Position numbers and translations under genes: made by a program. The notes beneath the pieces are model-generated. The model did no database searches. It saw nothing but the letters and a program-made list of their open reading frames with translations, and was not told where the DNA came from. Below, piece after piece: positions 51,601-62,719 of a stretch of 64,000 nucleotides of DNA (positions are counted from its first letter, which is position 1; each line of letters opens with the position of its first letter). The stretch spans positions 248,001 through 312,000 of the forward strand of contig NW_027191405.1 in assembly GCF_041146345.1 (NCBI RefSeq), in the 5' to 3' direction. Origin of the DNA: Neodothiora populina. Its lineage: Eukaryota.

Positions 51601-52131
51601 TGACAGGTCGTAAAGAGCTGGTAAGAGATTCTCGGATGAAGCGCATTGAGGAACATAGCTCAAGTCCATACAGCTTCCCGATCTATTGACAGTAGCTTCG
51701 AGTCGAGTGATCCCAGACTTATAAGCACCGCCGAGATGCTTGACGGCTTTGAACGACCATTCAATTGAAGCGGAATAGATGGTCTTGTGTACACCTCCAC
51801 TATTTCGATACAATGCGATGTCAGTGCGTATGACTGGATTGAGCTTGCGAGCTTGAATAGACATATTAACATAGAAGTGGCCATTGTTGCCGCGGAACGA
51901 GCTGAAGATTCTAGGTGGAATAGAAACCTCAGCTGTAGTAGGTGTCTTAAAGTGGATGGAACCAGTCGTCTCGAAACTGCTACCGGAACCCTCCCAGCGG
52001 AGGTGATGTCGAGGAGGGTTGTATGGAACGATTAGTTTTGCCCCTTGATGAACGCTTTCAGGATGAAGGTCAAGCTGGCTCATTGTGGAAATACGAACGT
52101 CCCTACGATGGGGACCAAGTGGAACAGCCAT
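48680..52131 (-). CDS. Divergent superfamily-1 UPF1/DNA2/NAM7-like helicase (~1100 aa, 3 exons)
   Basis: Walker A GPGGTGKT, DEAQ, SGDLNQLPP, TPYKRQ, TIDSLIGREA, VAFTRAK. Intron 49859-49913 plus a 40-nt candidate intron 51293-51332 join three ORFs in frame (3357 nt). Confidence 0.75.
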
Positions 52132-53425
52132 CTAAAAAGCAGGGATTTCTGTCAGTTCTATGGAAGTGTCGGAGCTCCAAAGTCCAATGCAAGGAGGAGA
52201 GAGGAAAAGACTCGTTGCTAAGAAACACACCTTCAGAACATTCGTTGCAGAAATACAATCTCAAAACAGGTCGTATAGTAAAGCCGAAAGCAGGGTGCTG
52301 GGATGACCAGAGGTTGAATTGTAAAATTGCTAGTTGCGCTGGATAACCATTACAGTGTCTCAGGAAAGTCCCACGTGAGGTCGCCACCCAGATGGCAAGG
52401 AAGTAGTCAGATGTAAAATTGAGTGAAGAAGGGACAGGAGAACGAGGATTTAAAATCGCAGGCAAGACTGTCAGAGCATGAAGGACAAAAAGGGAGGACC
52501 ATATGCCGCGCTTCAGGGTCTTCTAGCAAACGTCTTGTGTAGAGACCTCTGGAATGTCCCTAACCTTGATTTAATTAAGGAAGGGTTGTTGACACCTCTT
52601 CTCGTTCACTCGTTGCTTAGCAAGAGTTGGAAAGGATTTGGTAAGACAAGATGATGAATGCACCTTAGAGACTGGTGTTAATCAGGGGACATTAGGGTCC
52701 GGTTACTGATCTGGGGACGCAAGAATGTTTGTCGTATTTTAGACTGCTTGTCGATGATGAGAGCTTGTAAGTCTTCCACAACTATGAAGGACGTATAAGG
52801 TACGGGTAGTCTTTTCTTGTTGCAAGTTGCCAAGTCATGGCCAACAATGTGTCTTACTAAAATGGCAGGTACATGTCGAACATTGCCCTTGACAATGCAG
52901 ACACAAGCTACTACGAAGGTGAAAGCGTGATACCCTGCATGAACACAAAGCCACTTTGATGGAACACCTTGTCCAGCATTGGATCTGATATTACTTTGAT
53001 GCAAATGCCATCTCATGCCAGCAAGAGTCAGGAGGTCCAGTAGTCACATGTCTATAGGATAGTTATACAGCCGCACTGCTTCTGCGTAAGAAACATGGCT
53101 GCAACTGCAATTTTCTTGATGCTATATGAATGAGGAGTTGCGATCTGAATAGAGTCCATCATCCCTTTGGCTCGGAGTGGTCTTTATAAGGGAGAGAACA
53201 GAGTGGCGCCACAGGTCAGTAAAGGTGCACCTTGAAGTTTGATAGAGATCATCGAAAATATGCTGCCAGAGCCCTGTTGCGGACTAGGAAGGTGGACGAG
53301 TGCGGTGGATCATGTGAAGGGGTCGGTGACCATGGGCAGTAGCGACCCCAATGAAAGACCTGTAATGGGCATGTCTGGCTGGAAATAGTCCGACTACCAT
53401 GCTTAAATGGCACATGTGTATTACT

Positions 53426-55294
53426 TCATTTGCCTACGCAGAACTTCTCGAATACCACGCCAAGAACCTCTTCAGTATCACCAGCATCGCCTCTACCAGT
53501 GATTCGAGCAAGGCAATTGGCGGCAGATCTAAGGCTTTCGGCGGCAAGCACGATATCCACCTCACCATCTTGTAGCTCCAGCACATCGCCATCGCCCTCG
53601 ACTTCCATCAAGAATTGCTGTAGATGTGATTGGCACTCGTCGAGTAACAATCGATGACGCTCCGTCGCGCCAAGTGATTCCTGCCAGATAGAAGGGTCGG
53701 CATCGCTAGAGGAATCTGCGCTGAGTGGTGAAGTCATGGCATGGAATCTAGCGATGAGACCTGAGAGGAAAATATGGATGTTTCCGGCTTGTGGATCAGA
53801 GGATGTTTCTGCGTGCTTGCAGGATATGGCGAAGATCTGATCAGACTGGATTTTGGGAAGAGCAGCTCGGATCTGTGCCTCAATAGCAGCGATATCGAGC
53901 TGTGTATGGTTTAGGAGATCCAGCTTGTTAAGCACAACGATAACATTCCCACCTGCTTTGCAAAGCTCAGTGGCAGTCTCGACAACTTCTGGATCGAGCT
54001 TCAGAAACACATCTCCGTTGTCGACCTCGAGCGAGAGGACGACAATCACGACGTCGCTCTCAGCAGCTCTAGCTTTAGCCCTTCTCATGCCTTCTCTCTC
54101 TATCAAACCAATTGTCTCATGCATGCGTTCACTTGCAGACTTCAGTGCATCAAGGTTTCTCCTGAGGCCAGCAGTGTCACCTAAGCGGCATAAGTATCCT
54201 CCAAGATCTATGCCGACCTCTACAACATCTCTCGTAGTACCAGCTTCTTGGCTGACAATAGCCGCTTCTCTACCGACGACTCTGTTGAGCAAGCTGCTTT
54301 TGCCAGCATTGGGAGCACCGAGGAGGGAGATGCTGATACCATTTCTCAACAGCTCACCTCTCACGGCATTCTTGCTATGGGCATCCAGAAACACCAATAA
54401 CGAGCGTACCTGCACGGAAACGGACGACGTCAGCTCGGCCGGTGACTCGTCGAAGTGTTGGTCTTCCGAAAAGTCTATCAAGGCTTCGAGCTCGCCTCGC
54501 GCGTACAGCAGCTGCTGCCTCCAGCCTTCATATCGTTGCGCGAGTTTGTTGGTCGTAGCACGTACGGAAAGGCGTCGCTGTTGCTCTGTCGATGCGGATA
54601 GCGTGTCGCCTAGTGCTTCGACTTGAGTGAGATCAAGTCGGTCATGCATGAAAGCGCGACGAGTAAACTCGCCAGCTTCAGCGTATCGAATGCTCCCTAT
54701 TGTGGAGGAGCATTTGGGTATCGCAGCCAGTACGGCTTTTACTACAGCGATGCCCCCATGGACATGGAGCTCAAGCACATCCTCGCCAGTGACTGTATGA
54801 GGCGCACGGAAGTAAAGCAGCAATGCACTAGAATCTAATAATGACTCTGGAGATGGACTACAGCCTGGTTCATACAGACCCCTGACAGCTGCACGCCGAG
54901 GCTTTAGTGGCTTAGACCCAGGACAGAAGGCGTGATAGATGGAATCACAAGCGGGACCCGAAACCCGGATGACAGCAATAGCAGCACGACCCGGTGCAGT
55001 GGAAAGAGCATATATCGTCGGGTCCGCTACCGAGAAGACGGGAACTTGCGATGCTACATCGCCATAACATCTTGAGCCCGTGATAGCAGTGAGGTTCCAG
55101 CACGCACTGGTGGCCTGCTTCCCAGCGCCGCGGTACAGAGATGGGAATACGATCCTGCGGACAGGGACCAGGTTACTGTGAGTCACATTACGAATGCTGC
55201 TGTAATTGGGATTGGTGGTGCAGCAAGGGAAGAGTCCGACAAGCGAAGTCGGACGCCTGACAGCAACGAAGCATGACCTCGACGGACTGTTCAT
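53426..55294 (-). CDS. MSS1: Mitochondrial tRNA modification GTPase (MnmE/TrmE)
   Basis: TIYALSTAPGRAAIAVIRVSG, TGEDVLELHVHGG, GEFTRRAF, GAPNAGKSSL, GTTRD, DTAG, NKLD, terminal FCVGK. Confidence 0.95.
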   Translation of the reverse strand: MNSPSRSCFVAVRRPTSLVGLFPCCTTNPNYSSIRNVTHSNLVPVRRIVFPSLYRGAGKQATSACWNLTAITGSRCYGDVASQVPVFSVADPTIYALSTAPGRAAIAVIRVSGPACDSIYHAFCPGSKPLKPRRAAVRGLYEPGCSPSPESLLDSSALLLYFRAPHTVTGEDVLELHVHGGIAVVKAVLAAIPKCSSTIGSIRYAEAGEFTRRAFMHDRLDLTQVEALGDTLSASTEQQRRLSVRATTNKLAQRYEGWRQQLLYARGELEALIDFSEDQHFDESPAELTSSVSVQVRSLLVFLDAHSKNAVRGELLRNGISISLLGAPNAGKSSLLNRVVGREAAIVSQEAGTTRDVVEVGIDLGGYLCRLGDTAGLRRNLDALKSASERMHETIGLIEREGMRRAKARAAESDVVIVVLSLEVDNGDVFLKLDPEVVETATELCKAGGNVIVVLNKLDLLNHTQLDIAAIEAQIRAALPKIQSDQIFAISCKHAETSSDPQAGNIHIFLSGLIARFHAMTSPLSADSSSDADPSIWQESLGATERHRLLLDECQSHLQQFLMEVEGDGDVLELQDGEVDIVLAAESLRSAANCLARITGRGDAGDTEEVLGVVFEKFCVGK

Positions 55295-55654
55295 GAAACC
55301 TAGGTAGGATGGCGGTATCTTGTTGGTTGCATCCGGGACGGCGGAGGCAGAGTGCTGACCAACGTGAAACTCGGGGTTTGAGAAGCTGCAACGAACACTA
55401 AGAGCGGGCCGAGCCGAGAAAGGCCAAGATTTCGAAAGTTGGCGGAGGAAAGAACGAACTTTCCCTCAGAAAAGTTGCCGCTCGCTGATTTGCAGAAGTC
55501 TGCATCAACAAAAATTATTTGTTTGCGCTCGATTTTGCTTATCCACCACGAAAAAGTGTCAGCAAAGTACAGAATCAGCATAATCGGATATTACAATCCT
55601 CCTCTTTGAGCCAACGGAGATTAGACTTTTTTTTCTGCTCAGACGACCGCCGCG

Positions 55655-56734
55655 ATGGCCTCTGATGAAATTGTCTGGAATGTCATCAACAAGCAGTTTT
55701 GCTCCTTCAAACTCAAGTATGTTCTTCTGATCAAGAATGAAATCACATGGACCAGAACATAGAATCTGACAGTCTTAAGGCTACCGACCAAAACCTCAAA
55801 CTTCTGCCGTAATGAACACAACGTGACCGGTCTGTGCAACAGACAGTCTTGTCCTCTTGCAAATTCACGCTATGCCACCGTTCGCGCAGACCCAGGAACT
55901 GGTCGCCTATATCTCTACATCAAGACCGTTGAGCGAGCTCACATGCCCTCCAAGTGGTGGGAGAAGATACGCTTGTCCTCAAACTACACCAAAGCCCTGG
56001 AGCAAATCGATGAGCGTCTGAAGTACTGGCCCAATTTCCTGCAACACAAATGCAAGCAGCGGTTGACGCGCTTAACTCAAGTTCGTGTGCGCATGCAGAG
56101 ACTTGCCAAGGAGGAGGAGAGACTGGGCGAAACGACAGTCGCCAGACTTGCGCCTAAGATCAGGAGAAGGGAACAGACGAGAGAGAGGAAGGCAGAGTCC
56201 GCTGCTAAGATTGAGAGAGCTATCGAGAGAGAGCTTATCGAGCGACTGAGAAGTGGCGCTTATGGTGAACAACCTCTCAACGTGGACGAGAACATCTGGA
56301 AGAAGGTCATGAGAGGACTAGAGAGAGGTGGTGAATTGGAGGCTGACGAGGATCTCGACGAGGGCGAGATGATGAGCGACGACGAAGAGTATGAGAAGGA
56401 ATATGAGCGGGAAGGTGATGAGGAGTTGTCCGACGGCGTCGAATACGTCAGCGGTTCCGACATTGACGAGAGCGACGACGAGGGTATCGAAGACCTCGAG
56501 GACTGGCTCGGCTCCGAAGAAGACGGCAAAGCCACCGATGAACACGAGGATGAAGACGACGAAGACTCCGAGGACGACGATGAGGATGCTGCTGCTCTCA
56601 AGAAGAAGATGGCCGATCTCAAGAGGAAGAGACCACAGGCACCCGCCAAACCGAGAAAAAAGGGAAGCAAAAAGCCCATCGAGATCGAGTACGAGAGGGA
56701 GCCCGCACCCAGAGAGATGGTTCTTGCCAAATAG
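55655..56734 (+). CDS. MAK16: Ribosome biogenesis protein Mak16
   Basis: [60 protein letters not shown], acidic tail, IEIEYE. Intron 55717-55779. Confidence 0.95.
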
Positions 56735-57869
56735 ACGCGCCGTATCATTGGCGTTGGGAACGGTGGGCAATGTATGTGCATGGGAGGAGTACAGGCGTTG
56801 TGGCAGCGGTATATCCAGCGTGTGTTCTTTTGTCGGATTCTTCGCGTATCGAACCAAAAAAAAAGTATTTCATTCGCTGTCGAGGTCCCTCTCTATACAC
56901 TCCAGCAATTCGTTACAATTTACTTGTGTTGCAAGCGGCAGTAGGGTATGCTTTGCTTTCCGATCAGTGAATCTAGTGCACATGCTTCAGGTGACTAAGG
57001 AAGGAGCGAAAGTGGCAGTTGCAGGTAAATCTCTTTTGCCCAAGTACCCCTGAAGTCGAGACAAAATTACAGTACGGTAGCGAGATCAATCGTCTTGATG
57101 GGTGGAAAGGGAAGTAAAGTCAATTCGATGCTAGAGATAACCGCATCACGACATGAAAAAGAAGTATGATTTTGCTAGCAAAATGAGTTGTTTTCTATAT
57201 AGAGGACCAGCCTCTTCTAAAGATAAATCGAAGTGACTAGTCTAATGCAAATTTCGAGAAAAAAAAAGCACGATCTATTGTATAAGGAAAACCAGAGCAG
57301 AGAATGAAACAAGAACAGGACAGAAGAACGCCGAATAAATCCGATATGAAATCAATACAACGAGTAAACCAACGGAACATGTTCGAAAAGCGCGGATAAA
57401 GGCAAAATTGCGTGAGAGTCGAGTAGGCGCCGATAAAGGAGGGAAGAGAAACAATGTGAAGCCGTCGCAATGCATAAACAAGCAGATTCCATCGCTATGC
57501 AAGCCAGAGATAAACCAGTAGGAAAGACAAAGGAGACCGAAAGGAGCGTGGTTGTGAACGAGAAACGCCTGTGTATGCTGAAGGGAATGCGAGAGAAGAT
57601 ATTGAGTTGAAGTGGCGGACCTTCAAGAACGTCTGTAATCGCTGTAGTGCTGAGCGGATGCCGCATAATAGTCGAAGATGCAAAAAGTTGGAGAAGATCG
57701 CTCGAACGCTGCAGGGTAGATGAAAAGATGCTCAATGATGGTAATGATGATAATGATGATGACGATGCAGAAGAGTCTTTCCAACGAAGGAGAGCCAGCC
57801 TGCACAGAGGCAGAGGAAAGGATCAAGGACGATCGAATATCAGGCTGCTGACTGCAAGAAATGCGCAAT

Positions 57870-58040
57870 CTAGTTGTAGCCGCCACGGCCATCGTCGTTG
57901 CCGTTGCCGTTCTTTGCTGATCTGATTCCCATGGTTGATGGGTTTGAGGGACGGCTGATTCCGCTGGACTTGACATCAGAGTGCGATGGGAGGCGGTTGT
58001 AGCCACCACGACCAGACTTGTTGTATCCACCACGGCCCAT
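57870..58040 (-). CDS. Small peptide (56 aa; 62 aa from ATG 58058) with three GRGGYN repeats
   Basis: MGRGGYNKSGRGGYN...DDGRGGYN*; copies differ only at third codon positions. ATCATGG start context, upstream TATATA and pyrimidine-rich leader. Confidence 0.65.
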   Translation of the reverse strand: MGRGGYNKSGRGGYNRLPSHSDVKSSGISRPSNPSTMGIRSAKNGNGNDDGRGGYN

Positions 58041-58259
58041 GATTGCTTGAGACTGCATGTTCGATGCAGACAAAAGTGTGTTTCGAAAAGGTTGAGAAAT
58101 GGTTTTTTATGAAAAAAATGTGAAATGAGAAGAGATGAAACGCAATGGAAGCGTGTGATGCAGATATGCTTCGAAGACTCAGAGAAATGGTACTTGACTG
58201 TGGAAGTTGTTGTGTTGATGGAAATGAAAGTGATACTGGAAGTGCTGGAGGCACCTCCC

Positions 58260-58265
58260 TATATA
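58260..58265 (-). promoter_or_regulatory. Putative TATA element of the GRGGYN peptide gene
   Basis: TATATA on - strand ~220 nt upstream of ATG, followed by a C/T/A-rich leader like those of other genes in the window. Confidence 0.4.
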
Positions 58266-60333
58266 CCACATTTTCCATTATCTTGTGAACTATGCGGCGT
58301 CCCAGTTCGACCGTCTTCGCCAGGCACCCACCGTAGCAGTGCTGGTGTATTGGGTAGGAGGTCTATACTGACGGACTGCAACCCTTCTCGCCTGAACAAG
58401 TGTGCAGAGCCACCTTCGTACCTGCATCAAGAGAAGCCGACGTATATGGTCTTTCAGCCCTGCTCCAAGGGGAATCATGGTGACAAGAGTATGGGAATCG
58501 CGAGAAGTCAAGAAAAGAGATGGTGTCGTGACGGTGCACGAAGATGGGTCAGAGATCTTACTGGTCGATGATGACTGGCCTGAAAAGTAAGCTAATTCTA
58601 AAGATAGTCCCGCATATGTAGACTTAACCTCATTTTATCGGACTTTCTACCCAATTCGGAATCACGTCTTCCTTCTGCTATCAGAAAGTATAGCGGCACG
58701 ATGACTCCGAATCCAAACTGATCTGAGCCACATGAGGAACGTGTTCGGGATATTCAGAGTGTTGATTGTGCTGACGACCAGAGAACTTACGGCCGTACAT
58801 CGCAATCTGTCTTGACACTATTTGTGTTCTTTCCAGCATTTTCTAAACTCAGCAATACCACGGCAGGATACCATCGAACCAGAGTCGTACACTCGTACAT
58901 GCGCGAGAAGTCTTCCTCCGTCTAGCAACACACATGAAGACTGTTAGATCCGCAGTGCGTCCGCCCTTTTCTGAGGCGCTCGACTCACAGCGGATGCTAT
59001 CAACCTTGAGTCGTATATCATTCTCCAAATGGATCATGTAGTCCTAGATGCGCAGCAGATTATCTTAGCCTGTGTCTTCCACAGCAGATGTGAAGTTTCA
59101 GCCTTGGATAAGTGCATCGTTTTAGTTTATTTGGTAAGCATTGGCACAGCGTGTTGGGTCATGCTCAATTGAATTCCACCAGCTGTCTTTCCAGCGAATG
59201 TAGGTCTCGATGAGCTGAGGTTGATATCTGTAAGAGAGTCATTCAATCTCAGCTTTACCACTCGATAGCTCCAAGATTGTAATGTCTCAGTCTCACATGC
59301 GAAAGAGCGCTACGGGATCTGTATCTGTGGTGAACCGCATGAGGGGTAGTCATGTATCGATAAGATGCATCTAAAGAGCTCGGATTTTGTTTTAGCGATA
59401 AATTGTCTATTTTGAATCGCGATAGCAAGGCCACGTCAGATGTACTGTACCCCGAACAACTTGCCCAGTCTGGATAATAGGCGTTGCGCGCAAAAATGTG
59501 TCCCCCACCAGCAATCCCATGCCTATGACGCTGACCCCGTTAGGGTAGGGGTCCTTCCCTGCAGAATGAGTTGTCAGACAAATTGTCTGCAGGGCTGACC
59601 TTTGGAATTGAACATGGCATCGACCAACATACCTGATATGTGTACGCAGACCATTGGTTATGCATCTTTGCTAGACTTCTTGATCAGAAGAGATCATGAG
59701 GAAACGCTATCAACTGTCTTGTATAGCATTCTGGAGCCTCAAGTCCTGACCTCCGCTTGCGATACTAATAGTCACTCCACTTTCCTTAGCTTGGAATGCA
59801 AGCAGATCATCGCAAAACAAGCCTTACCAAAGCACTGGTAATATCTCCTAGGATGTTGGTGATAGATCCATCCAGCCGGGGTCGGAGTACAACGTCAACC
59901 GACCCTGTTTGTATACAGTGCATACGAATTTCCTAATCAAAGTGATGACTGTATTTTTTTTGCCTATGAACCATCCACACCCTAGATCCAAAAAGAGGCA
60001 ATGATGCTGGGCACAAAGAATAGACGAGTATTTGTTGCTATCTGTCTGGATGCCTCGTGTCATCTTTGCACCGAGACATTTTCTGTTACATCATCCTAAG
60101 TATCCATACATTGCTGACGAAATGTTGAATCTTGCTGCTCTCCGCACCTTCTCCTCTTTAATTCTTTGCAGCCCGGAGTAATTAGATTTCGACGAGATTC
60201 GTCTAAGTACAAGGCCGATCTTCAACATGCAGAAGACCTGTTGGAGTATAGCCCGTTGGGTCCCCTCATCTTCACCCCGCAATTATATGAAGTAAGGTAT
60301 GTAACCTAACACGACCCGTCCGACCCGAAACTC

Positions 60334-61220
60334 ATGCTCAACATGTATTCAACTCGAGGAACATCGTTTCACTGGATGATAGCTGCTGCCAATTGCTAGG
60401 CATTCATCCTGCTTGGATATAACCAGGGTGTGATGTCTGGACTTGTTGGGGCACACAGCCGACTCGGTCGAACTATGAATATTATCGATCCCACTGTGCA
60501 AGGATCGCCAACATCCAATGTATGCTATCGGATGTGCTCTAGGCTGTCTTTTCTCGTTCTGTGCGGAAGATTTTTTGGTCGGAAAAAAATGATTTTCGCC
60601 AGGGGTTTGCTCATGTCTTCAGCTTCTGGGCTCTGCCTTTGCTTTGCATCTGTCTCTGCTTTTCTATTAATTGGCACATAAAGCTGAGCATATGCTGCGA
60701 CTGCGTCTGTATTCGTATTCCAGATCTTCCTTGGTATCGGATACTTTCTTATACCATGGTTCTATTCTTGAAAAGGCACAAAAACAAGGATTCGCTCCAA
60801 GGGCCAAGCTTTCGGTGGCTTCATAAATTGGACGTGTATTCTGCGTCGTACAGATCACGCCAATCGGCATCCATAACGTAGGGTGGCATACATTTGTTAT
60901 CTTTGCATGCTTCTGTTTTGCTTGGGTTTCCACGGTGTACTTCTTTTCCCCAGGTGACTAGATCGCTTCTCAAAGCGACTACAGCAGCAGCAACATAGCA
61001 CAAAGAAACAAATGGCCTTGGACTTGAAGGTACTGATCATCTCTTTGAGGAAGGCGGTGTCACAGGCGGAGTACTCCACGCAAACGGCGGACGAACCGTG
61101 CGGCCTGGCCATCATTCTACACAACGAGATGTTGGTGGTCAGGACAAGGGTGGCTCCGATGCACTAGGTATCGAAGACTTGCGCGAGAACGACTCGGACT
61201 TTGTGAGTGCCGTTGCTTAG
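60334..61220 (+). pseudogene. MFS sugar-porter (STL1-like) pseudogene with stops, frameshifts and a large internal deletion
   Basis: AAANC*AFILLGYNQGVMSG (TAG 60397-60399), IGCALGC, GRKKMI, then directly LLMSSASGLCLCF, FQIFLGIG..IPWFY, RIRSKGQAFGGFINW, QITPIGIHNVGW, VYFFSP|ETNGLGLE..DHLF. Relic intron ~60955-61005. Confidence 0.85.
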
Positions 61221-62719
61221 ACCGTGTCCTGATGCTCGATCACACGAGTATCACGTAAAGCCAGTGTTTTGTGGAGTCCTGCTGCTGTGGAGTCCTGGTC
61301 CTGGCATCGGTCTCTCACCAAACGAGGTTGCGTGATGAACCGAAGCGGGTGGTGCTTTCATAATGTACAGTACAGTACAGTACAGTGGGATGATCCTTGA
61401 TCAAGGCTACAGAGTCTTGAGGCATCTTTGCGCATGTTATTCCCGCTCATGATCTCTCCTCGCTTGCAATGATGGAGTACTCTCTGCGGCCAATCGGCTT
61501 CATCCCAAGGTCGTACCCCTGTCAGAAAATCCATGTAACAGCTTCGTTGCACTCAGAGCAGAACGATGCCGTTCGGTCCTTTTCTACATTGACCGTGACC
61601 GGAGTTGGGGTCACAGTGAACCCGTCGGAGCATCCACATGGAAGCAAGGCAAGGGTGCGAGAGCATGACAGATATCTCCGACCAGAGCAAGGTGCACTGT
61701 GGTGGGTCTGCTCGCCGCTTGTTCAAATCCGCTTTCTTGCTACGCCTACTGGGTATGATCCATGTTGATCGTTCGCCGTGATGTCGTCGATGGCTCACGT
61801 TGTGCGCCCAACCCGCCTTCGTTAGCGTGCCAGGCTTGCCGATGTGGGTCTTGCCAAATTTCTCCAGTGGGCCTCCACCTTACCTCCGCCGTGACCTCAT
61901 GTGGGAAAACCTGGAGGATGCATGGAGCCGAAGTTTAGCCAACCCAAGGATCTTGACTGCTTTGAGCATGGGCGTCGGCTTCTATTCGAAGGGCACTTTG
62001 GTGATCGTTACCTCACACGTGCCGGCGTGATCTGACCTCCTCCTCTGGTTGCACTCGGGGAGTCGGCAATGTGCGGACTCTTAATCGTCTTGAGACAAAT
62101 GATTCTAGGGACATTTAGTATCGCCAATCAGACTGGAACGCTGAACGGACTTGAATTGTAGATATTAGCATTTCTCGCTTGCCGCAACGGTACCTGTGGC
62201 ATTACAGTTCCTCTAGCACCATTCATGGTCCTCCATCTCGGCAAGAGCCGTTTTGCGGCAGAGCAACCGTGGTTCGAAAGCATATGACGCGGTGAAAATA
62301 CCGCGATTGCGGTCCTCCGAAAGCGATTATGCGGAAAGTGTTGGACTCGTCTCGATCCTGAGTCAAGGTCATAGCACATAGAGCATGGTATGGTCAGAAG
62401 GTTACTCCGTTAGGCATGGTCCCTGACCATGTGGCCAAGAGGCTCCAGTCAATGCGTCCTGACCTCCGCAATCCCCATGTTGATCGGAGCGTCCCATAGA
62501 TGTTGCAGTGCATACCATATCTCCACTTGCCTCGCAATCCACGTCATGTGTTACGATTGTCGCAGGGAATTCAACGAATTGTGGGTCGAAAGGTGATCGG
62601 CCTCCATGCACGATCGCAGAACTTACGATGTTACAAGCCATTGGTGGTGAGGGTCTTCTGTATAAGAATGCCTTGTCCGCTGGTTCAAGTCAGGTCAATT
62701 TACCTCGGCGGTACACAAA

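Noticed and set aside
52140..53420. Short ORFs between the helicase and MSS1
   Set aside because: No recognisable domain or convincing splice link to the helicase; treated as promoter or intergenic.
59558..59594. Short nested inverted repeats (CCCTGCAGA/TCTGCAGGG; CAGACAA/TTGTCTG)
   Set aside because: 7-9 bp arms are within chance expectation for 64 kb; no target-site duplication or transposase.
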